A stretch of DNA of 64,000 nt from Mobula hypostoma (Eukaryota): contig NC_086101.1 in assembly GCF_963921235.1 (NCBI RefSeq), forward strand, positions 5,830,001 to 5,894,000, read 5' to 3'. Positions 39,491 to 49,224 of this stretch are shown here, in pieces (within the stretch, counting starts at the first letter, position 1; every line of letters begins with the position of its first letter). A program made the position numbers and the translations under genes. Under the pieces are notes generated by a model. It worked only from the letters and a program-made list of their open reading frames with translations, was not told the DNA's origin and ran no database searches.

Positions 39491-41011
39491 TTAATAATCC
39501 CTTAGACCAGGCTCCAACTCAGCAAACTTCATAGTGGCCAAAAACACTGATGAATTGCGACCAATGTAACCTCTCATTTGGTTTTGTCCCGGACCACAAC
39601 AACAAGGGTCGTCCCATTCCGGCTCAGTTTTCTCTCGCAAGGGCTTAGTAGGAGGGGGACGGGTATTGACCGCAGAGTTATTGCAAAACTTCCTGCAGTA
39701 CCCCACCATCTCCAAGAGCCTTCTGAGGGCCCTCTTGTCTGTCGGGGTTGGGGGGTCAGCGATAGCCTGCACTGTAGCTTGCATCACTGCCAGCTGCCCC
39801 TGTGTCACCACAATTCCCAGGTAAGTGACCTTCGTGTGGCCGAATTCATTTTTTTCAAGGTTCACTATCAAGCTGGCTTCAGACAGCCGTGTTAAATTGC
39901 CAATACACACCTCTGTGTTCATCAGCCCTTTAGTCACTGAATTACTCAAAAAATATGGGTGTTGTTTACTTGGCTGCCCTATTGTAACCACAATCACCCA
40001 ACGTCCCAGTTCTTTGCATTTCCTCGGGACAATCAAACACATGGGTGCGAGTCGTTTAATTACTCCTTCGGGGATTAAGGGAGAGACCTTATCAGTAGAC
40101 CTGGCCAAAACAATAGCCTTCTCCCATCTGACCGATCCCATCCTAATCTTTTCAAAATGGTTTTTTCCTCTTAGCAGGGGGCCCCTAGCTTCATTGATTT
40201 CCACGCTAACACCGACTAGGTTTGTTAGCATATCAAAAGCCGGTGACCGTCTCAGTTCGCGTCGGTCATGATCAATAACATTTTTCCCCCTGGGCAGCCG
40301 GTAAATCTCTTTCATGATTCCACCAACTGTTTCCTCCAGCACCGCAAAATGTCCACCGGGGGGTACCTCGTGGGCCATGTTAAAAACCTCATCCCCATAA
40401 CTCTTTTGCACCACCCCCCACTCCTCATCTGCGGATACTGTACTTGATTTCCCTTTCTTCCTTAGCACTTCCTCATCCGCACAATAGCTTGTCAAGGCTG
40501 TGTCAGAGAGAGCGGTCTCGGCAAAAACCATCAGCCCCTCGTCTCGCTCCTGCGTCTGCACAAATTCTTTCCTGGCTACTGCTACGTCCGTCCCAGCTCC
40601 CTCACTACCTCTTATCTCACTACACCCTGTCTCATACAAGGTTGGCAGAAATGTTTCAGCCAAATTCACCATCGCGGGCGGGGCCTCCATGCTGGCAGGC
40701 TGACCCGTCAATCTCACGACTGGGAACACGATTCCTCCGGCGATGTCATTACCGAGCAAGACTTCCACGTCTTTCATCGGTAATTCGGGCCTCACCCCGA
40801 TCGTGACTAGTCCAGAGACCAGGTTGCTCTGTAAATGTATCTGGTGCAAAGGGACTGACTCTGTCCCTTCCCCAACACCTTTGACCTCTACCTCCCCAGT
40901 CTGGGTCTCTGAGCTAAACTCTAATACACTCTTCAGTATTAGTGACTGACACGCTCCCGTGTCTCTCCAGATCCGCACTGGAACTGGTTTTAACCCCTCC
41001 TTCACTGACAC
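39491..41011 (-). pseudogene. pol: Collapsed pol: aspartic protease plus integrase Zn-finger and RT-thumb remnants
   Basis: RDTGACQS and VLLGND (protease), AHEVPPGGHF (integrase HH), VNLEKNEFG...TYLG...LRRLLEMVGYCRKF (RT thumb). No YxDD or DDE core visible. Confidence 0.8.
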
Positions 41012-41024
41012 CAGTCCGGCCGGG

Positions 41025-42377
41025 TTACCTCTCGCGCCCTTCCTGGACTTTTTCAGACCTGTCCTTCCCTAGCGGTTCGCTTAACAGCTCAATACAGCCA
41101 TTCAAAATTTCCGCTTTTCCTTTCCCCGTCTCCTTCCTTGGGGCAAAGCACCTGGACGCAAAGTGTCCGACTTTCCCACAATTATAACAGACGACCCCAG
41201 GAGACTTCCTACCAGACTGCTCCCGGTCTACCTTATCCTTTTCACTAGTCCCCGGCTTACTTTCTGACTTTTCCGGCGGACTCTCCCCTCCGTCCTGACT
41301 ACCCTTCTGGTAGCCTTTACTCGGGGCAAACTTCATTTTATGCGTCAACGCATACTCATCCGCTAACTTAGCAGTTGCGGCTAACGTGGCTGCCTCTTTC
41401 TCATCGAGGTAGGGTCTCATACCCTCAGGGACACAACCTTTAAACTGCTCAATCAGAATCAGCTGCAGCAGTCTGTCATAATCCCCCTCTACCCCCTTCG
41501 AGGCGCACCAACGCTCACAATATGTTTGCATTTCGCGAGCAAACTCCAAATACGTGCGGTCCCACTGCTTCCTCGCATTCCGGAACCTCTGCCGGTATGC
41601 CTCCGGGACCAACTCATAAATCCTGAGGATGGCCTCCTTCACCACCTCATACTTCTGGGCATCTTCCGCGGATAAAGCGGAGTAAGCTTGTTGGGCTTTC
41701 CCTTTCAGTACACTCTGAAGTAAAACAACCCACTTATCCCTTGGCCAGTCCTGACTTATGGCCACTTTTTCGAAATGGAGAAAGTACCGATCCACATCGG
41801 TATCGTCAAAAGGGGGAACCAGCCTTACCTCCTGGGTCGCCCGGAACCCTCCACCTTGGTTCGGCACGAGCCCCTGCTCGGCCCTTATCTTTAACTTCTC
41901 CAGCTCAAATTCCCTTTCCCTCTGTTTCTCCTCTCTCTCCAACTGTCTGTCCCTCTCTCTCTCTTCTCTCTCCAACTGTCTTTCTCTCTCTTGCCTTTCT
42001 AACTCTTTCTCTCTCTCCCGCCTTTCTAACTCTCTCTCTTTCTCCCGCCTTTCTAACTCTCTCTCCTGCCTTTCTAACTGCTTCTCTTCGTGTTCTAACT
42101 GCCGTACCCGGAACTCGTGCTCGAGTCTCAGTTTTTCAAGCTGTACCTGTACCGCGTCTCCAGCAGGTTTTTCAATAGACACCTCCCCCAGCTCACCTTG
42201 GGGAAACACACCTTTAGATACATAGTGCTCTACAATAGCTCTGTGTATCTCCTCTCTCCTCATTGTCGACTTCACCTTAGCAAGATTCACCCGTTTGGCC
42301 ACAGCTATCAATTCCGATTTCCTGGCATCCTCTAATGCCTCCAAGGTCGGCGCCTTTATAAATTCCTCAACCTCCAT
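41025..42377 (-). CDS. gag: Gag (450 aa): E/R-rich coiled coil, SCAN-like capsid region, CCHC zinc knuckle
   Basis: YFLHFEK...LKGKAQ...YELVPEAYRQRFR...ILIEQFK and CYNCGKVGHFASRC; ATG-initiated, uninterrupted. Confidence 0.9.
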   Translation of the reverse strand: MEVEEFIKAPTLEALEDARKSELIAVAKRVNLAKVKSTMRREEIHRAIVEHYVSKGVFPQGELGEVSIEKPAGDAVQVQLEKLRLEHEFRVRQLEHEEKQLERQERELERREKERELERREREKELERQERERQLEREERERDRQLEREEKQREREFELEKLKIRAEQGLVPNQGGGFRATQEVRLVPPFDDTDVDRYFLHFEKVAISQDWPRDKWVVLLQSVLKGKAQQAYSALSAEDAQKYEVVKEAILRIYELVPEAYRQRFRNARKQWDRTYLEFAREMQTYCERWCASKGVEGDYDRLLQLILIEQFKGCVPEGMRPYLDEKEAATLAATAKLADEYALTHKMKFAPSKGYQKGSQDGGESPPEKSESKPGTSEKDKVDREQSGRKSPGVVCYNCGKVGHFASRCFAPRKETGKGKAEILNGCIELLSEPLGKDRSEKVQEGRER

Positions 42378-42453
42378 TTCTGCTGTTTGTCTTTTCTTTC
42401 TTTCGGGAATTTTAACCCAATCAATTTACTCCGTCCCAAATTTAGCGTTCAAA

Positions 42454-42471
42454 ATCCCGGACGAGCCCCGA
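42454..42471 (-). promoter_or_regulatory. Primer-binding site, tRNA-Pro
   Basis: TCGGGGCTCGTCCGGGAT, 17/18 match to the tRNA-Pro PBS TGGGGGCTCGTCCGGGAT, 4 nt inside the 5' LTR. Confidence 0.9.
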
Positions 42472-42475
42472 CTTA

Positions 42476-43334
42476 TGTTACGTACCCCGTAACTGGGTTG
42501 CCAAACCAGCAGAAAGGGATCACTCAGTTGGAGTCTGGAGTACTAGAACTAAGAAAGTTTTATTAAAGAAACAAGCAACACAGTAATCGAAAGGATAATA
42601 AATGCAACAATTCAACAATGATAACCACACATGTGCACAGAATTAAGATAACAGCATCAATCAAGCTCTATTGTTGTCTAGGGGTAAATGACCAATTTCA
42701 AAATTACTCAAAGTTCAGTCCAATTAGTAGTTCAGTTCGCAGTAATCGTTGCCATGGCGATGGACAAGGTGGGGGAAGAGAGACATAGAATAGGAACAAC
42801 TGATCATTCAGAACGGCTTCACTCACAGACCAGCGGGATGGCTCACAAGCAACTTTTGGGCGGGTCCTTGGTGATGTCACCTGAGGTCACCGACTGTGAC
42901 CCCTCCTCCAGATGCGGTCGATCCTCTGCAGTGAACCCGGCACCCAGGCAAGGGCGGACACACACCGGGTTCCCGCTGATCGTACCTTTCCACCCTTGTC
43001 GTTGTCTGGCACTTCTCACCCACTCGTGAGAGGCGCACCGCTTCCAGGGTCTCGTTACCTCGGGTGGCGTGTGTGTCTGTCTTAGCGAACCTGTCCCTTT
43101 TTATCCCCCTGCTGGGGTATCGCCTGTCCATCACTTCAAACAGTTCAGGGTTCAAAGGGGGGAGCCGCTCCAGACAGCTCTCTCTCCCACATCCCTTCAT
43201 TACACATCTCCAGACGCTGTTCCATTGTTCCTTATCTCTCCTTCCCCTGAGGGCAGGTGGCAGACCAACTGCTGATGCCACTGATGCTAGCCCAGGCCAG
43301 CAAACATCTTAATTTTATGTGTATTCTCGTAACA
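42476..43334 (-). repeat. 5' LTR (859 bp)
   Basis: By eye about 4 substitutions and one 2-bp indel versus the other LTR. Confidence 0.96.
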
Positions 43335-43381
43335 CATTCCACAAACAATAAATTCTTGCCTCATTTTCTTTCCGCTCCTCC

Positions 43382-43485
43382 TGCTGTACCGTTACCCGCC
43401 AGCAGGTGGGGGTCCGGCACCGTGAAACTGAGCAGATCTCTGGACCACTCGCTGTTGCCACCCTATGGTTGAATGCGGCACCGCA
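43382..43485. promoter_or_regulatory. Convergent pair of CTCF-like sites with upstream (U) motif
   Basis: Plus: TGCTGTACC-5nt-CCGCCAGCAGGTGGGGGTC (43382-43414). Minus: TGCGGTGCC-5nt-CAACCATAGGGTGGCAACA (43453-43485). Confidence 0.5.
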
Positions 43486-43584
43486 ATAAACTGAACTTCC
43501 AAACATCCATCATTTGATATTGAAAACTATGTAGAGTAATGTCATTTTCAGTACAGAAGTGTAAACGACAACGAAATAATTGTT

Positions 43585-44397
43585 AACGCGAGGAATTCTG
43601 CAGATGCTGGAAATTCAACCAACACACATCAAATTGCTGGCGTACGCAGCAGGCCAGGCAGCATCTCCAGGAAGAAGTACAGTCGATGTTTCGGGCCGAG
43701 TCCCTTCGTCAGGACTAACTGAAGGAAGAGCTAGTAAGAGATTTGAAAGTGGAAGGGGGAGGGGGAGATCCAAAATGATAGGAGAAGACAGGAGAGGGAG
43801 GGATGGAGCCAAGAGCTGGACAGTTGATTGGCAAAAGGGATATGAGAGGATCATGGTCAGGGGGCCCAGGAAGAAGGAAAAGGGGAGGGGGGGGGAACCC
43901 AGAGGATGGGCAAGGGGGTATAGTCAGAGGGACAGAGGGAGAAAAAGGAGAGAGAGAAAAAGAATGTGTGTATATAAATAAATAATGGATGGGGTACGAG
44001 GGGGAGGTGGGGCATTAGTGGAAGTTAGAGAAGTTAGTGTTCATGCCATCAGGTTGGAGGCTACCCAGACGGAATATAAAGTGTTCTTCCTCCAACCTGA
44101 GTGTGGCTTCATCTTTATAGCAGAGGAGGCCGTGGATAGACATATCCGAATGGGAATGGGATGTGGAACTAAAATGTGTGGCTACTGGGAGATCCTGCTT
44201 TCTCTGGCGGACAGAGCGTAGGTGGTCAGCGAAACGATCTCCCAGTCTGCGTCGGGTCTCACCAATATATAGAAGGCCACATCGGGAGCACTGGACGCAG
44301 TATATCAGCCCAGCCGACTCACAGGTGAAGTGTTGCCTCACCTGGAAGGACTGTCTGGGGCCCTGAATGGTGGTAAGGGAGGAAGTGTAAGGGCATG
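43585..44397 (-). mobile_element. Penelope-like element 3' part (GIY-YIG + pseudo-LTR)
   Basis: GLIYCVQCSRCGLLYIGETRRRLGDRF peptide; hammerhead at 43681-43716. Confidence 0.92.
43681..43716 (-). ncRNA. Minimal hammerhead ribozyme (stem III G>A variant)
   Basis: AGTC-CTGACGA-AGGGACTCGGCCC-GAAACATC-GACT. Confidence 0.7.
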
Positions 44398-44828
44398 CTT
44401 GTAAGCAGAACGAGTGCTACAAGTTGTACTGGTTAGCGAAGTGAAAGTGAATCTTGGGGAGGCGGGACATACGATGGAGGTAATATGTCACGAGGAGAGA
44501 GGAAAAGTGACAGAAGGGGAGTAACAGTCGACTGTTTGCGAATTTGATGTTCACACCGCAAGACTGCCGGCTGTACAGGCGGAACATGGAGTTGGGATCC
44601 TGGGAGATTCCCACGTGGAATCAGTTATTCTGTTTTGGACACATTTACCCCCAGGACCTGCTGGAAATTTGCAGGTCAGTCAGGATCAGTGGAAGGAGTA
44701 ACGGAGTTGGCGATACACGTCGATGACACCTCACCGAACTGATTCATAGCTGTTGCGGATTTCAGGAATGTTCCGTTTATTTTTAGTTCTCCGAGCATCC
44801 GTTTGAAGCAAAAGAAAAGTAGATCCGA

Positions 44829-45113
44829 CATCTGCTCTCACTCCATCCTCCTGCCACCCCACTAGGAATAGGGTTCCCCTTGTCCTCACCTACCACCCCA
44901 CCAGCCTCCAGGTACAACATATTATTCTCCGTAATTTCCGCCACCTCCAACGGGATCCCACCACTAAGCACATTTTTCCCTCCCCACTCTGCTTTCCCCA
45001 GGGATTGCTCCCTAAGCGACTCCCATGTCCATTCGTCCCCCCCATCCCTCTCCACTGATCTCCCTCCTTGCACTTATCCTTGTAAGCGGAACAAGTGCTC
45101 CACATGCTCTTAC
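44829..45113 (+). mobile_element. Penelope-like internal fragment
   Basis: RVPLVLTYHPTS and TDLPPCTYPCKRNKC peptides. Confidence 0.8.
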
Positions 45114-45114
45114 A

Positions 45115-45752
45115 CTGTCCTTTATTAATCAGAGCATTGAGTATCGAAGTTGGGATGTAATGTTGAAATTGTACAAGGTATTAGTGAGGCCAAATTTGGA
45201 GTATTGTGTACAGTATTGGTCACCGAATTATAGGAAAGATGTCAACAAAATAGAGAGAGTACAGAGAAGATTTACTAGAATGTTACCTGGGTTTCATCAC
45301 CTAAGTTACAGAGAAAGGTTGAACAAGTTGGGTCTTTATTCTTTGGAACGTAGAAGGTTGGGGGTGGGGGAACTTGATAGAGGTATTTAAAATTATGAGG
45401 GGAAAGATAGAGTTGACGTGAATAGGCTTTTTTCCATTGAGAGCGGGGGAGATTCAAACAAGAGGACGTGAGTTGAGAGTTAAAGGGCAAAAGTTCAGGG
45501 GTAACATGAGGGGGAACTTCTTTACTCAGAGAGTGGTAGCTATGTGGAACGAGCTTCCAGCAGAAGTGGTTGAGGCAGGTTCGATGTTGTCGTTTAAAGT
45601 CAAATTGGATCGCTATATGGACAGGAAAGGAATGTATGGTTATGGGCTGAGAGCAGGTCGGTGGGATTAGGTAAGAGTAAGAGTTTGGCACGGACTAGAA
45701 TGGCCGAGATGGCCTGTTTCCATGCTGTAATTGTTATATGGTTATATGGTTT
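45115..45752 (+). mobile_element. CR1 3' fragment
   Basis: LVRPNLEYCVQYWSP and GNFFTQRVV peptides; (ttatatgg)n tail. Confidence 0.88.
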
Positions 45753-47483
45753 ATATAATTACTTTGGTTCTGTCTTTACTAAGGAGGACAAAAATAATCT
45801 TCCAGAAATAGTAGGGGACAGAGGGTCCAGTGAGATGGAGGAACTGAGTGAAATACATGTTAGTAGGGAAGTGGTGTTAGGTAAATTGAAGGGATTGAAG
45901 GCAGATAAATCCCCAGGGCCAGATGGTCTGCATCCCAGAGTGCTAAAGGAAGTAGCCCAAGAAATAATGGATGCATTAGTGATAATTTTTCAAAACTCGT
46001 TAGATTCTGGACTAGTTCCTGAGGATTGGAGGGTGGCTAATGTAACCCCACTTTTTAAAAAAGGAGGGAGAGAGAAACCGGGGAATTATAGACTGGTTAG
46101 CCTAATGTCGGTGGTGGGGAAACTGCTGGAGTCAGTTATCAAAGATGTGATAACAGCACATTTGGAAAGCGGTGAAATCATCGGACAAAGTCAGCATGGA
46201 TTTGTGAAAGGAAAATCATGTCTGACGAATCTCATAGAACTTTTTGAGGATGTAACTAGTAGAGTGGATAGGGGAGAACCAGTGGATGGGGTATATTTGG
46301 ATTTTCAAAAGGCTTTTGACAAGGTCCCACACAGGAGATTAGTGTGCAAACTTAAAGCACATGGTATTGGGGGTAAGGTATTGATGTGGGTAGAGAATTG
46401 GTTAGCAGACAGGAAGCAAAGAGTGGGAATAAACGGGACCTTTTCAGAATGGCAGGCAGTGACTAGTGGGGTACCGCAAGGCTCAATGCTGGGACCCCAG
46501 TTGTTTACAATATATATTAGTGACTTGGATGAGGGAATTAAATGCAGCATCTCCAAGTTTGCAGATGACACGAAGCTGGGCGGCAGTCTTAGCTGTGAGG
46601 AGGATGCAGGGTGACTTGGATAGGTTGGGTGAGTGGGCAAATTCATGGCAGATGCAATTTAATGTGGATAAATGTGAAGTTATCCACTTTGGTGGCAAAA
46701 ATAGGAAAACAGATTATTATCTGAATGGTGGCCGATTAGGAAAAGAGGAGGTGGAACGAGACCTGGGTGTCATTATACACCAGTCATTGAAAGTGGGCAT
46801 GCAGGTACAGCAGGCGGTGAAAAAGGCGAATGGTATGCTGGCATTTATAGCAAGTGGATTCGAGTACAGGAGCAGGGAGGTACTACTGCAATTGTACAAG
46901 GCCTTGGTGAGACCACACCTGGAGTATTGTGTGCAGTTTTGGTCCCCTAATCTGAGGAAAGACATCCTTGCCATAGAGGGAGTACAAAGAAGGTTCACCA
47001 GATTGATTCCAGGGATGGCAGGACTTTCATATGAAGAAAGACTGGATCAACTAGGCTTGTATTCGTTGGAATTTAGAAGATTGAGGGGGGACCTGATTGA
47101 AACGTATAAAATTCTAAAGGGATTGGACAGGCTAGATGCAGGAAGATTGTTCCCGATGTTGGGGAAATCCAGAACGAGGGGTCACGGTTTGAGGATAAAG
47201 GCGAAGCCTTTTAGGACTGAGATTAGGAAAAACTTCTTCACACAGAGAGTGGTGAATCTGTGGAATTCTCTGCCACAGGAAACAGTTGAGGCCAGTTCAT
47301 TGGCTATATTTAAGAGGGAGTTAGATATGCCCTTGTGGCTACGGGGGTCAGGGGGTATGGAGGGAAGGCTGGGGCGGGGTTCTGAGTTGGATGATCAGCC
47401 ATGATCATAATAAATGGCGGTGCAGGCTCGAAGGGCCGAATGGCCTACTCCTGCACCTATTTTCTATGTTTCTATGTTTCTAT
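45753..47483 (+). mobile_element. Young 5'-truncated CR1, same subfamily as 23020-25424
   Basis: ORFs 45661-46614 and 46466-47404 are nearly identical to the 779-aa ORF; an 11-bp deletion near 46605 causes the frameshift. Confidence 0.95.
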
Positions 47484-48801
47484 GAAATCCCACAGGCGAC
47501 TTTAAGTGAGAGCAACGCAGAGAAGATGTTCTGTTTCTCCCCGGGGTTGAAGGGCTTAGTCGTAATCAAGGTCAAGGGCAGGCTCGGATCATCAGGGTTC
47601 TCAACCTGACGTTGCTTGACCTCAATAGGTGCTATTCTGGTAGATCTATCTGGGTAAAACCTCTCCTTGAGATATCCCCGCACTAATTCCCACGCTACGC
47701 AAAATATAAAAGACGGGTAGCAGTTAAACAGTACATAGGTAACACCACAGAGTATGTATTCTACAATCTGCCACTTTTGAGTGCCCGAACTCATGATGCC
47801 TGCTGTATTCCCTTGCATCACACTTGCAAACGCATACACTAAAATGCAACTTCTGGCATCTCGAACTGTACCGTCGATTACCACCTTTTGCAACTGGTGG
47901 TCCAAGTCTCACCTAGTTAACCAAGTTAACATGCAAAGATTACTCACTTACATAAACACACATGCACACGCACACACTACTTTTATATCTACCAGTTCAG
48001 CTCTCCGCGATCGTGATACCTCGTGTTCCCGTGTACCCCCGACCGAACAGATCCAAGTGTAAGTATTATTTTAGAAAAATCGTCACCAGCTTAAGACTGC
48101 TAGGAACGCTGGCCACACGACGGGTCACGAAGTATCTCATTCATGACACCAAATGTTGTAGTGTGGATGAAATCACCGGAGAGACAGAGTCACTGGTAGA
48201 TACAAAGCAGCTTCTTTATTCAACACAACAAGGTACAGCAGGTATCATACGGACAGAGACGCTTTTGGTAGAAAGGTCTGCGAGCCCAATGTGGGCTCGA
48301 TATTTATATGCTAAACACAAAGGCAATCGCTACTCAAAAAGTTATAGACAATGCATAAACAATGCTTCCTTTTGAAGCTACATACAAACATCACACCTTC
48401 TGACTTCATCCTTTCCTTCCGACGCCAACATGTCTGGGTTGGAATTCACAGTCTTTAGGAATGCAAGATAAATCCACAATACATTTATTTGGCATTTCAC
48501 GTGCTAACATAGAAGACAATTCATATCTATGAAGTATAGATAATGCTGTCTTCCAAACTACCTGTAAACTTCACACTTCCACCCGCAGCGTCTGGCTAGT
48601 ATCCCGATATTCACAGCTTTTAGGAAATGCATTGTTGTGAACTCAATCCACTGTACTTTGTCAAATAGAAGACTGGTGGCCAAAGTCATTTAAGTGTAAA
48701 TGAATCATCTACCCAAAAACTCACTCTAACAGTCCCTCCTCTTGGCCCTCCTGAACAAAAATTAAATCTGTACCAGGAAAGGCCAAAAACTCACTCTAAC
48801 A
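47484..48801 (-). mobile_element. LTR retroelement remnant: LTR 48154-48731, tRNA-Leu-like PBS, leader and possible gag N-terminus
   Basis: Minus-strand LTR TGTTAGAG...CTACAACA with TATAAATA (48301-48308) and AATAAA (48215-48220). PBS TGGTGTCATGAATGAGAT (48134-48151) is 15/18 to tRNA-Leu PBS TGGTGTCAGGAGTGGGAT. Confidence 0.72.
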
Positions 48802-49224
48802 ACTTTCACGGTTTATTGATTGTTTCTCCTTTATGTTTGTTCAGTTAGGATCGCTAGGTAGCATAGTACAATGCCCCTCTTGGTATTTTGTGGGAAGGCA
48901 GGGAGAACTTTAGTGTCCCTGACAACTTCACCTGTGCAAAGTGCACCCAGCTGCAGCTTCTAGCAATCCACGGTAAGGGGTTAACCTGGAACTGGATGAA
49001 CACCGGATCAATCAGGAGGCTGAGGGGGTGACAGATAGGACATGTAGACAGGTAGTTACACCCAGGATGTAGAATACAGGAAACTGGGTGACTGTCAGGA
49101 AGAGGGAAGGGGTTGAACAGCCAGTGCAGAGTACACCTGTGGTCATCCCCCTCAAGAGTACCACCGTGGGCATCTCCCTCAAGAGTATCACTGTGGACAT
49201 CCAATGTATCAACTTTGGATATTA

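Larger units (their letters stand above)
38458..43334 (-). mobile_element. Gypsy (Gmr1-like) LTR retrotransposon, young, internally deleted
   Basis: TG...CA LTRs at 38458-39318 and 42476-43334, CATT TSD at 38454-38457 and 43335-43338, plus PBS, PPT, gag and protease. Confidence 0.95.

Noticed and set aside
42445..42471. tRNA-Pro gene
   Set aside because: Only the 3'-terminal ~22 nt match; this is the retrotransposon PBS.
49128..49203. ~27-bp imperfect triplication
   Set aside because: Local slippage within a dead CR1 ORF1 fragment with no sign of function.
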